A stretch of 64,000 nt of DNA from Candidatus Gottesmanbacteria bacterium (lineage in GTDB: Bacteria > Patescibacteriota > Microgenomatia > UBA10105 > UBA927): NCBI GenBank assembly GCA_023245355.1, contig JAHFKN010000005.1, forward strand, positions 33,290 to 97,289. The letters run 5' to 3'. Position numbers and translations under genes: made by a program. The notes under the pieces are model-generated. The model worked only from the letters and a program-made list of their open reading frames with translations, was not told the DNA's origin and did not search any database. This document shows, one piece after another, positions 30,544-39,515 of the stretch; the stretch's first letter is position 1; every line of letters begins with the position of its first letter.

Positions 30544-31521
30544 CTAAACTGTTTTCTCTAGTACTTCGTACGTATCAGTGCTAATACCAAATTGAGGACT
30601 GTTCATAACGGTTTCGTTTGGATTTTGGAATACATCAATATCGACAGGAATACCATTCTTCATATAGACATAATATATATAGTATCGACCTTTTAGCCTA
30701 CATGCAGCATTATACTCATTTCTACTAAAATAAAATTTAACTCTGGGTGAAATACCAGACTTAACTTCAATAAACCTATTAAAAATAGAACTATCTTTAT
30801 CCTCGAAGGATGCAATATCATACCCCGCAGCTACGTTACGACTTGCGACATAATCTACTCTTTTCGCTTGATCAAAAGCAGAATTCAGTTCTAAACGTCT
30901 AATTTCACTTTTAATAACATATTTTTCCGCAAGCACAGCTTGTCTAATCTTTTCAGCTTCAGCTCTCAAAAAATCTTCTGGCGAAATTAATCTTATTGAA
31001 TCCATTATAATCGGGTCAAATAAAGTACTGTACTGAGTAGCAATTAAAAATTGTGACACATTACTAACTAAAACACCCAATTGGATCAGAACATTAAATA
31101 ATATCTGATCAGCAATTGAGGTTGATTCTGCTTTACTTAGAAATATCTCTCCATGACTTCCTATTTTAAAGTGTGAAAAAATATCTTTTATACCGCTTTG
31201 TATACCAGGTATCTCAAATAAACGATTGCTAATTAATTTTTTTTGAGCAGCATTAGGCTCTAGAATATAATGGCTTTCTTTTTTCAATGCTAAATTTAAA
31301 TATATATGGCCTAAATCAGTTATTTGGAGTGAATGGTCAGTAACGCAAATAAATCCCAGTGTAAGACAAAAATTTTTAGCAAGGGCAAAAGAATCTCTAA
31401 CTGGAATAACATATTGTGTCTTATAGTACTCAGCAACATCTAGCTCGAGCGATCTCTGGCCTATTTCAAGTGCCTTAGATGATGCCAAAAAACGATTTAT
31501 AGTTTGGATATCAGTAATCAT
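30544..31521 (-). CDS. DUF3883 (NOV_C, restriction-endonuclease-like) domain protein
   Basis: 325 aa; C-terminal GYDIASFED…FIEVKSGISPRVKFYFSRNEYNAA…YYIYYV matches the DUF3883 core (GYDI…IEVK…NE); 4-bp overlap (ATGA) with the upstream helicase gene. Confidence 0.65.
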   Translation of the reverse strand: MITDIQTINRFLASSKALEIGQRSLELDVAEYYKTQYVIPVRDSFALAKNFCLTLGFICVTDHSLQITDLGHIYLNLALKKESHYILEPNAAQKKLISNRLFEIPGIQSGIKDIFSHFKIGSHGEIFLSKAESTSIADQILFNVLIQLGVLVSNVSQFLIATQYSTLFDPIIMDSIRLISPEDFLRAEAEKIRQAVLAEKYVIKSEIRRLELNSAFDQAKRVDYVASRNVAAGYDIASFEDKDSSIFNRFIEVKSGISPRVKFYFSRNEYNAACRLKGRYYIYYVYMKNGIPVDIDVFQNPNETVMNSPQFGISTDTYEVLEKTV

Positions 31522-33425
31522 ATGTTGATATCTTTAATAGTTTGTTCAAAATCCCTAGAAAATTCGACTTTATCATCACTCACCTCATCTAATTTAGTTT
31601 CTAAATTCAAAACTTTAAAATCATCGTTCAATATTTTAGCCATTCTCTGACACTTTTCGATCAACCGTCTATTGACGGTTTCATCAATGGTACTCTCCGT
31701 CTGCAATAAATAATAATTTGTCTTTGTGGAAGAATTAAGTCCAACGCGATGAATCCTGTCAAGTGACTGCATGTACTGTCCTGCATTAAATGTTCTATCT
31801 AAATATATTGCATCATGACATACATCGTGAAGTGATATTGATTCACCGCAAGCACCAGGGTTAGCAATTAATACTCTACAATTCGGATCGGATTTAAATT
31901 TCTTTATTCTAATCTCTCTATTGTCATTTTTATCTAACTGATCATTAATGGGTATATCACCATATATTACCTGAGGATCATAGTCCTTAAACATACTCCT
32001 TAACGTTTTAATATTATTTATCCAGACGGACCAAATAACAACTTTCTTAGATTTACTTATATTTAAAATTTGGCGTGCCAGCTTATCACATTCCTTTAGT
32101 TTAGGTGGAATTTCGTATTTACTATAATTTTTTATTCCTTCAATCACTGAGGGCTCAAGATATTTAGACATCTTGTCTGCTTTAATTCCGGAAATGTTAA
32201 ATTCTATAGATTTTTCATAAAGTAATGATGGGTTTGATGCGGCTTGCATAAGTCTAATCATTATCGATCTTCTTAATTCTACTAATATTGATCTGTCTTT
32301 CTTAGCTATGTTAAATTCCTCAATGCTAGCTCGTTTTATGGACGCGTATATTCTTTGTTGAAGAGTGCTTGATTTCACAATTACCTGATTAAATATTGGA
32401 TTTGGTAAATGTAGTTGGCTTTTTTTAACGCGCCGATAAAAGGGCATCAATTTTTTTCTAATAAGTTCTTCTGCATCTTTTCTCTTGGTTATATTTACAA
32501 ATTGGCTCCTAGTTCCGGCTATTGTTCTGTCAAGAAAATAAAATTGGCTCCATAAATCAAGGAGCGAATTTGGAAGGGGCGTACCTGTAAGTATTATTCT
32601 TCTCTCAGCGAATAAACCTAGCTGACAAACTGCACTCGACCAAATTCCGCCGGCAAACCTTTTTATATTATGAGATTCATCTAAAACCAATAAAAATTTA
32701 CCAGAACGAAGAAGCGCTGATATTTCAGCTACATCCGCTGCCGCAGTTTGATATGTAGTAATAAATATATTATATTTTTCGGGACGATTATATAATCTAA
32801 TTCGACTTGATTTAGGTCCAGTTATTCTGATTATTAGAGGTTTTGTGTTAAAGCATTTTTCATATTCTTCTGTCCAAGCTATATAAGCAGCACTAGGAGC
32901 GATTATAAATAATTTATCAATCTTATCATCACTCTCCAGGAGGGAATATGCTGCGTATAACATCGTAGTTTTTCCACTTCCCGGAACAGAGAAGTTTGCT
33001 GCGTAGGGCACCTTAACCATTAACGACACTGGCTCCTCTTGATACTCTTTTAGAGTTCTAATAAACTTAGTTGCTTTTAAATCCGATCTAGGCGAGTGCT
33101 TAATATTTAGCAAATCACTAGCATTTTTTATAATTTGCATCCTATATTTTTGATCAGAAGATGCTTTATTTATTAATGTTATTGCGTCATCATTAGCCAC
33201 AAATTTTAACTTTTCGCTAGCGATAAGATCTATAACTTGCCTAACAATTTCATAAAATTCCTGAGAGGAATAGTTTTTAGTGCTTAAACTATATCGATGT
33301 CGATCGTGTGAAGAAAAATCCAATGTCGTCTCGAGTGTTATGGGTAATAACGAATCATCTAGAGAAGATGGTATCTTTAGGGTAAGATCATTTAAACTTG
33401 GACTATAGCAGATTTCTACCCTCAT
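31518..33425 (-). CDS. SNF2/SWI2-family DEAD-like helicase/ATPase
   Basis: 635 aa; Walker A VPGSGKTTM, DEXH box LVLDESHNIK, motif III ILTGTPLPN, motif VI QSLDRIHRVG; unique ~130-aa N-terminal region. Confidence 0.85.
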   Translation of the reverse strand: MRVEICYSPSLNDLTLKIPSSLDDSLLPITLETTLDFSSHDRHRYSLSTKNYSSQEFYEIVRQVIDLIASEKLKFVANDDAITLINKASSDQKYRMQIIKNASDLLNIKHSPRSDLKATKFIRTLKEYQEEPVSLMVKVPYAANFSVPGSGKTTMLYAAYSLLESDDKIDKLFIIAPSAAYIAWTEEYEKCFNTKPLIIRITGPKSSRIRLYNRPEKYNIFITTYQTAAADVAEISALLRSGKFLLVLDESHNIKRFAGGIWSSAVCQLGLFAERRIILTGTPLPNSLLDLWSQFYFLDRTIAGTRSQFVNITKRKDAEELIRKKLMPFYRRVKKSQLHLPNPIFNQVIVKSSTLQQRIYASIKRASIEEFNIAKKDRSILVELRRSIMIRLMQAASNPSLLYEKSIEFNISGIKADKMSKYLEPSVIEGIKNYSKYEIPPKLKECDKLARQILNISKSKKVVIWSVWINNIKTLRSMFKDYDPQVIYGDIPINDQLDKNDNREIRIKKFKSDPNCRVLIANPGACGESISLHDVCHDAIYLDRTFNAGQYMQSLDRIHRVGLNSSTKTNYYLLQTESTIDETVNRRLIEKCQRMAKILNDDFKVLNLETKLDEVSDDKVEFSRDFEQTIKDINI

Positions 33426-33439
33426 TTAGTGAATTCTAT

Positions 33440-34570
33440 TTATTTTTTCTTTGTAAGTACAATTATTATTGAGGAAATTTTCTTCAAATATTTTTTCACC
33501 TCAGGTGTTATGTCATAATCAGCGTCTTGATACTTATTAAATTGCTCATAAATAGAAACAATTATTTCCAGTGGCTTATTTTCATCTTTCTTAATTTTTA
33601 CCCTTTCGTTTGCTTCATCTATTTTATCTTTAAAAGCCTCCTCAGAAATTTTACCTTTCTTTAATTGCTCAGTAGCATGAGAAGCTAATTTAGTTTTCCA
33701 ACCATACTTTCCAAATTCCCTAACATCTCTATAAGTGCACCCTGATTTTATATACGCAAATTGCATCTCAAGTAACTGCTTTATCTCAACAGCGTTAGAT
33801 CCTTCACTCCTGAACTTCCTTTGATTTTTTTCCACCTCCGTAATTACTTCGGTAATTTTCTCATCTTCTATTCGTTTATAGTCGATTTTTCCCCAGGAAA
33901 ATTTTGAGTAGGCCTCCAAATATTTCAACTGTGCCAAATGCTCCGAAATGTACTTCTCATCTCGCAAAAGAAGAGCCGCTAGCTCCTTTTGAGTCATTCC
34001 CTTATTTAATCCCTCTTGTATTTTAATTAATTCATTTACCGCACCAAATCCTATCTTAAAATCCTTTGCGTATTGTAATCGTGCTTCAATCTTATAAATT
34101 TCAGTTTCATTAATGCTTCGTGGTAATATCACAGTTTCTAAATAAGAATACTTATCATCTCCAGTTTCTTCATAAAGCATGGTAAGAACTGCCATACGCC
34201 TATTTGCATTTATAACTACTCCAGCCGCCGTTATGACACCTGGGTCAATTTGACCTCGTTTTTTTAAATCTTCTTTTAACACCTTGGTATCATGAGGAGA
34301 TTTTGTAAGTAATATGTTTCTAACCTCACTTGAATCATCAGGATTACGTGTATTTAACTTTCGACGACGAGACGCTTCTAACATTTCAAGATCAGCCGCG
34401 AAACGACCATTTTCGACATTAAATATTAACAGCTTAATGGGAAGACGATAAACTGGGAGATCTTGAATTTGACCTTCGATTTCTATTCTTTGAATTCTGT
34501 CTCTTACACAAGTGGGGTTACTTTTTATATAGGCTTCAATTCGCTGTTCATAAGTACTATTTATCGTCAT
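33440..34570 (-). CDS. ParB/Srx-fold (DGQQR/DGQHR-like) N-terminal domain protein with long Lys/Glu-rich helical C-terminus
   Basis: 376 aa; LPIKLLIFNVENGRF (ParB box-like N-x-x-N-x-R) and GVVINANRRMAVLTML (resembles GERR / DGQQRLTTL arginine finger block); family assignment by motif only. Confidence 0.5.
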   Translation of the reverse strand: MTINSTYEQRIEAYIKSNPTCVRDRIQRIEIEGQIQDLPVYRLPIKLLIFNVENGRFAADLEMLEASRRRKLNTRNPDDSSEVRNILLTKSPHDTKVLKEDLKKRGQIDPGVITAAGVVINANRRMAVLTMLYEETGDDKYSYLETVILPRSINETEIYKIEARLQYAKDFKIGFGAVNELIKIQEGLNKGMTQKELAALLLRDEKYISEHLAQLKYLEAYSKFSWGKIDYKRIEDEKITEVITEVEKNQRKFRSEGSNAVEIKQLLEMQFAYIKSGCTYRDVREFGKYGWKTKLASHATEQLKKGKISEEAFKDKIDEANERVKIKKDENKPLEIIVSIYEQFNKYQDADYDITPEVKKYLKKISSIIIVLTKKK

Positions 34571-34636
34571 ATTATTAATATATAGAACTAACTATTAATA
34601 TAACTATGTAATTATACACCCTCTAAACGGCTTTCG

Positions 34637-34924
34637 CTATGAGCCTGGTGGCAGAAACGTCGCCCAGACAATAAATCCTATAACCAAGAGAATGAATGCC
34701 CCTATCATCACCACGAGAACACGAATGAGTATTTTTACCAGTAACGGATCGAGCACCTCGTTATAATATTTGTCTGCTTTCCTGTATTCATGTGAGAGCG
34801 GCCGGAAAATAAGATAAAGCGGTACACCGATGTACACAATCACATCTCTCACAAACGCATTCCATCGGTACGGCACGATCGTGAGGGAAATCCGGACCTC
34901 TGTGGGAAACCGTATTTTTGCCAT
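34637..34924 (-). CDS. Small membrane protein (hypothetical)
   Basis: 95 aa, two hydrophobic helices; normal GC content (outside the AT-rich island). Confidence 0.4.
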   Translation of the reverse strand: MAKIRFPTEVRISLTIVPYRWNAFVRDVIVYIGVPLYLIFRPLSHEYRKADKYYNEVLDPLLVKILIRVLVVMIGAFILLVIGFIVWATFLPPGS

Positions 34925-34951
34925 GCCTCCTCAATCTACCACAATAAGAAG

Positions 34952-35401
34952 TTACACTGCTAACGCGTCGAAATCAGCAAGTATCTGCCCGGAGTGGGAC
35001 AGAGGATTTACCGAGTCGTAAAATTTCGCCACCTCACCTTTGGGATTTATAAGGTACGTTATGCGCCGGACGCCGGGGCGGCCTAGAAACTGCTTTTCGC
35101 TCCACGCGCCGTACGAACGCATCATCTCGGTACTCTCATCGCTTAGCAGCGGAAACATAAGTTTGTATTTGTCCGCAAACTTTTTGTGGGAATCCACGCT
35201 GTCTTTGGACACTCCCAGGATCACCAATCCCCGCTTTTCAAACTCATGTATGTTGTCCCGGAAATTACAGGCTTCTTTGGTACAACCAGGCGTATTGTCT
35301 TTGGGATAAAAGTACAGGATTACCCATTTGCCGCGGTACTCTGCAAGCGTATGCAGCTTCCCGTTCTGATCAGGGAGGGAAAATTCATGAGCGAGTATCA
35401 T
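34952..35401 (-). CDS. bcp: Peroxiredoxin Bcp (AhpC/TSA family thiol peroxidase)
   Basis: 149 aa; FYPKDNTPGCTKEAC peroxidatic Cys motif. Confidence 0.85.
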   Translation of the reverse strand: MILAHEFSLPDQNGKLHTLAEYRGKWVILYFYPKDNTPGCTKEACNFRDNIHEFEKRGLVILGVSKDSVDSHKKFADKYKLMFPLLSDESTEMMRSYGAWSEKQFLGRPGVRRITYLINPKGEVAKFYDSVNPLSHSGQILADFDALAV

Positions 35402-35482
35402 TGATCATTATTCTACCACGGAAACCAACAACCCACCGGTATGACCCGATGGGTTGTATAGTAAACAATCCTATATTGTCAG

Positions 35483-36109
35483 TTAAAAAATATTTCCGGA
35501 ATCTGCCGGTAATACGTTTATCTGATTTAACCATGTTCCGTGATTTTCTTCAGCCTTGTAAATCCATCCCCACCACGGCTGAGCAAAATTCGTCACATTA
35601 TCAAAATACTTACCCATCCAACTTACATAGGTACATGCGGAACCGGTTATATCACATCCATAATCCACTGTTCCGACAGATCCATGCGTCGGCCAAAGCG
35701 GTTCTGTTTTCAGCGTTCCGTTAAACGTAGCACGGTACCCTCCGCGCATTTCACCTTTGACGTCTTCACCAATCACTTCGGAACCTCCGGGGCCGGTTTG
35801 TCCTGCAATCGCCTCAAATTTTCCTTCGTATTTGACGGTAGCACACCAGCTCGTTTCAGACTCTTCACCGACTTGCCAGACCTTGATATGTCGTGTGTAG
35901 TTATCAAAGGCCCAATTGCCTCCGAATCCGGAATCTACATCATTTTTCACTTTTTCCTCGACATTAATCACTACGGGGCCTTCTTTTTCACATGCTTTAG
36001 GATTCAGTTGTCCTTCGTCACCTAAATGAAGTTTTTCCGAATCTGCAGATACAGGAAGTGCCAGAGCAAAAAATGCTACTACTGCTATAAACATTGCAAA
36101 TTTCTTCAT
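35483..36109 (-). CDS. Secreted protein (hypothetical)
   Basis: 208 aa; signal peptide MKKFAMFIAVVAFFALALPVSA; Gly/Trp-rich; SD ggaggtg 8 nt upstream. Confidence 0.5.
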   Translation of the reverse strand: MKKFAMFIAVVAFFALALPVSADSEKLHLGDEGQLNPKACEKEGPVVINVEEKVKNDVDSGFGGNWAFDNYTRHIKVWQVGEESETSWCATVKYEGKFEAIAGQTGPGGSEVIGEDVKGEMRGGYRATFNGTLKTEPLWPTHGSVGTVDYGCDITGSACTYVSWMGKYFDNVTNFAQPWWGWIYKAEENHGTWLNQINVLPADSGNIF

Positions 36110-36138
36110 GTTATTTCTTTCACCTCCTCTCGTTTTCC

Positions 36139-36159
36139 CAAAAACCCCGCGAAGCGGGA
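36139..36159 (-). terminator. GCGAAGC-type mini-hairpin plus U-tract 10 nt upstream of the RBS of the 35483-36109 gene
   Basis: Minus strand: atCCCGCttcGCGGGgtttttggg; near-identical to the hairpin upstream of fusA. Confidence 0.45.
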
Positions 36160-36208
36160 TTTATGGTTACTAAACTCATATTTCAGAAAATATTCGCTAA
36201 GTAACGCA

Positions 36209-36233
36209 TAAAAAAGTCCGCACTCGGCGGACA
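36209..36233 (-). terminator. Second intrinsic-terminator-like hairpin in the same 5' leader
   Basis: Minus strand: GTCCGCcgagtGCGGACtttttt (6-bp stem, 6 T). Confidence 0.45.
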
Positions 36234-36380
36234 GGTAATCATAGAATTGATCGGTAGTAGAACACAGATTTGTAGTTTGTCACTATAAGACATGCTTGTC
36301 AGTGAGGTTTCGTACATTTACCGGCTTTCTGAGGCTGCCGAAACGTATAACCGACACGCTTTCGGTGCTATACTTTCCCT

Positions 36381-37241
36381 ATGGTGCGTAACCAAAAGCA
36401 GCATGCTCCATTCCGGACAGGAATCGTTGTAGGAATCATGGCTCTCTGCTTTGTGTTCGGTATCAAATTTGCCCCGAAACAATCCACACTCCGACCGCTT
36501 CCTGTGCCGCCGCAAACGGCGGAAATTTCGCTCAGCGGTCCGCTCACGCTCCACACGGTGAATGAATCCGTCCTGGGCGCGCAAACCATAGATCCGGTCG
36601 ATTTCGTCAACGAAATAAATGCCGCACGTGCCAAATCAGGAGTGCTACCGCTTCGGCTAAATGCCACGCTCATGCGGGCCGCCAAAATGCGTGCGGAAGT
36701 GATTAAGAAACATCAAAACTTTTCCCACCAGGACCCGTATGAGGGGATCGAACTCGGCACCGTGCTGCCCAAACTGCAGTATTCGTTTGTGTATGCGTCG
36801 GAAAACATCGGTATGGGAGGCATATCTGCCGCTAATTTCGTCGAAGGATTTATGAACAGTACATCGCACCGCAATAATTTGCTGGACCCCAAGCTCACGG
36901 ATACCGGAGCGGCTATTGTGGACGGGCCGTACAAACAATATTACGTCAATTACGCAGTCCAGCTGTTTGCCATCCCCGGCGGCAAAGCGGAATATTTGGG
37001 ATACAAAGATTCCGATAAAGAAGTGTATGAAGCGGAACTTGCCTCGGTCAAAGAAAACCTCCACCCACTCATCTGGGTTATACAGAAAATCAGGCGTAAC
37101 CCCGTGTATACCGATGCGTATTACACCAAACTCAAACGGCAGCAATTTATCCTGGAAACAATCCTTGCCCGCATGCGTGACACCAAACCGCTGGAGAACC
37201 GCGACGTCACGCTGATTTTGGAATACAATTCCCTCTTATAG
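36381..37241 (+). CDS. CAP/SCP/PR-1-like extracellular domain protein
   Basis: 286 aa; N-terminal TM; CAP motifs (…HQNFSHQDPY…GENIGMG…MNSTSHRNNLLDP). Confidence 0.7.
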   Translation: MVRNQKQHAPFRTGIVVGIMALCFVFGIKFAPKQSTLRPLPVPPQTAEISLSGPLTLHTVNESVLGAQTIDPVDFVNEINAARAKSGVLPLRLNATLMRAAKMRAEVIKKHQNFSHQDPYEGIELGTVLPKLQYSFVYASENIGMGGISAANFVEGFMNSTSHRNNLLDPKLTDTGAAIVDGPYKQYYVNYAVQLFAIPGGKAEYLGYKDSDKEVYEAELASVKENLHPLIWVIQKIRRNPVYTDAYYTKLKRQQFILETILARMRDTKPLENRDVTLILEYNSLL

Positions 37242-38336
37242 CTGCAACTCAGCGCTCGCCTTTTCCATAGCGTTCAATACGGTCGCTGCTTCCGTATTTG
37301 CCAAAAAATACGGCTGGCCGTAATCGACTATTCTCACCGGCAAATACTGCACGTCTATAAGTTTGTTATCGTAAAATACGTATTTCCCCACAACTCCCCG
37401 CTTGGTTTCTTCGCTCCATTCCTGATCAAATACGAAATTGCCGTGCGCGTAGATAATAAATGCATCCTTATACAGCTCCACGGGCTCTATCCAGTGCGGA
37501 TGATTGCCTAGTACCACATCCGCCCCGGAATCTACCGCCATATGCGCCAATTCGCGCTGACGGGCACCCGGCTGCGTCACATACTCCGTGCCCCAGTGAT
37601 ATGCCACAATCACGACATCCGCATTGTTCTCTGCCTCTTTGATATCGCGTGCGATTATTACCTCATCTGCCCACGGCACGCCCGGTTCCTCATGTCCGAT
37701 ATCGTTGTACGATAGGAATGCAAATCTGGTTCCCTTCACGGTTGTATACACGACACTTCCGGAAACCGGAAGAATCCCGGCCTGTGTAAGCACACGCTTC
37801 GTTTCCTCTATCCCCGCTTCGAAATAATTACCGACATGATTGTTACCCAGTGTCGCTATATCTATGCCCGCGTACGTAAGCCCCTCCGCTGCTCTCGCAT
37901 CTCCGCAAAATACCATACCGTCTATTGTCGGCGTGCAGGAAGACAGAAGCGGCGTTTCCAGATTGATCACCGTGATATCTGCAGCGGATAAAACGTCTGC
38001 TGTTTTTTCAAACGGCCAACGGAAGTTATTGCGCCTGACCATACCGGAATTTACCGATCGCGCCGGTATGACATCGCCGGTTGCTATCATCGTGACTGTT
38101 TTTTCCGGCGGCAACGCGTTTACCCATGAGTGATCGGCGGCAAATATACTGCCAAGTGTAAGATGCGAAGCCGGAAAGAGAGTTACGGAGTCCTGTATCA
38201 GTGCCACGCCGGACGGAAATTCCGTGTCCCCTAACACATCGGGAGCGGACCTGGCGGCGGGACTACGGATATACCAACCGTACGCAGCAAACAAAAGTAT
38301 GACGATGCCAACCGGCAATAATTTCCTGAGATCCAT
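37236..38336 (-). CDS. capA: CapA/PGA_cap family metallophosphatase-like protein (poly-gamma-glutamate capsule synthesis family)
   Basis: 366 aa; signal anchor; GNNHVGNY, GNHPHW metallophosphatase motifs typical of CapA. Confidence 0.8.
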   Translation of the reverse strand: MDLRKLLPVGIVILLFAAYGWYIRSPAARSAPDVLGDTEFPSGVALIQDSVTLFPASHLTLGSIFAADHSWVNALPPEKTVTMIATGDVIPARSVNSGMVRRNNFRWPFEKTADVLSAADITVINLETPLLSSCTPTIDGMVFCGDARAAEGLTYAGIDIATLGNNHVGNYFEAGIEETKRVLTQAGILPVSGSVVYTTVKGTRFAFLSYNDIGHEEPGVPWADEVIIARDIKEAENNADVVIVAYHWGTEYVTQPGARQRELAHMAVDSGADVVLGNHPHWIEPVELYKDAFIIYAHGNFVFDQEWSEETKRGVVGKYVFYDNKLIDVQYLPVRIVDYGQPYFLANTEAATVLNAMEKASAELQL

Positions 38337-38387
38337 GATGGGAATGCTCCCGGCCTGATTGTATCACGGAGGCAAAAACCGACTCGT

Positions 38388-39200
38388 TTAGCGAAGCTTC
38401 CAGTAGGATATAAGCGTAACCCAAAACTCACGGAGTGCTGCGAAAAAATGCCGGGCAAAACTTGTTTTCGGCGTGTTTGCCGAAGAAGTCGCCGGCAGTT
38501 TGTTTTCACTCGGCGGCAATACTGATGCCCCGTCCTGGGTTTTCAACAATTCTACCGCGCGCAGGAATTGTTCAGCAGGGTGACCACCTTGCAGCAATAC
38601 CGAACCGGACAACTTTTTCCGGTCTACAAATACCGTTGAAGGTATGCCGGCAGCGTCTACTTTAGGAAGTAGCGATTGCCCGATTACTTTATCGGTCGTC
38701 ACACGCTGCTTATGCACGGGGTTGTTTTCGTTTGCTACACAATCCGCGTATTCTTCCTGGTTTCCTATCCCGGGGTATAGCCCGAGAGACGGATACGGTT
38801 TGGCGTCGTTTTCCACATATGCACGGATATTCGGCCAGAACGCCTGCTGGGCCGCCAGACACCCCGAAGATACCAACACATCCGATCTGCTGTCACGGTA
38901 CGCTAACACAAAATGCACGTACCAGACACGGACGTCATTGGGATATGCGGCAATCACATCCTGGATCTGTTTGGTAAGTACGCCGCCGCTGAAATTTGTT
39001 TCCGACGCATCTGCGATTACGAATACATCGTAGCGTGCGTTTTCCGGGCCAACCGGAATACCGATCTGCTTCATCTGCGCCACCGTTTCAGGCGTAAGGC
39101 TCACCAAGCGGAGTACCGCGTCATCCTGAGCGACTACCGACCCTCCGGTAAGAAACCCCAAAATCACTGCAACTACAACAATCCCGATTATGCGTTTCAT
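38388..39200 (-). CDS. Exported thioredoxin-fold/DsbA-like protein (putative)
   Basis: Start MKRIIGIVVVAVILGF (signal); DsbA-like length and secondary pattern, but only a single Cys (SSGC), so activity is uncertain. Confidence 0.45.
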   Translation of the reverse strand: MKRIIGIVVVAVILGFLTGGSVVAQDDAVLRLVSLTPETVAQMKQIGIPVGPENARYDVFVIADASETNFSGGVLTKQIQDVIAAYPNDVRVWYVHFVLAYRDSRSDVLVSSGCLAAQQAFWPNIRAYVENDAKPYPSLGLYPGIGNQEEYADCVANENNPVHKQRVTTDKVIGQSLLPKVDAAGIPSTVFVDRKKLSGSVLLQGGHPAEQFLRAVELLKTQDGASVLPPSENKLPATSSANTPKTSFARHFFAALREFWVTLISYWKLR

Positions 39201-39262
39201 ACCTATATGTCCTTCGCGTAACAAGATCAGTATAGCATGGGTGTGATATACTGCAGGCGCAG

Positions 39263-39502
39263 ATGAACGACATCATAACCGTCGAAGAAGCTGCCCAGTT
39301 TCTCCGCAAACATCCGGATACGGTACGCCGGTGGATAGAAACCAAAAAACTCAAGGCCCGCCATCTTTCCGCAGGAGGACACGGTATTTACGCGATTTTA
39401 CGGAGCGATCTTCTGGAAGTAGCTATCTCGGGATCCCTGGAAGCCAAAGAAAAACCAGTCAAACACAAAGCTTCACCCCAACAGCGCACGCTGCCGATTT
39501 AA
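39263..39502 (+). CDS. Excisionase/MerR-type helix-turn-helix DNA-binding protein
   Basis: 79 aa; ITVEEAAQFLRKHPDTVRRWIETKKLKA matches the HTH_17/excisionase family consensus. Confidence 0.6.
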   Translation: MNDIITVEEAAQFLRKHPDTVRRWIETKKLKARHLSAGGHGIYAILRSDLLEVAISGSLEAKEKPVKHKASPQQRTLPI

Positions 39503-39515
39503 CCTACACCTTTTC

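Noticed and set aside
36657-37145. 162-aa minus-strand ORF
   Set aside because: Embedded antisense in the CAP-domain gene.
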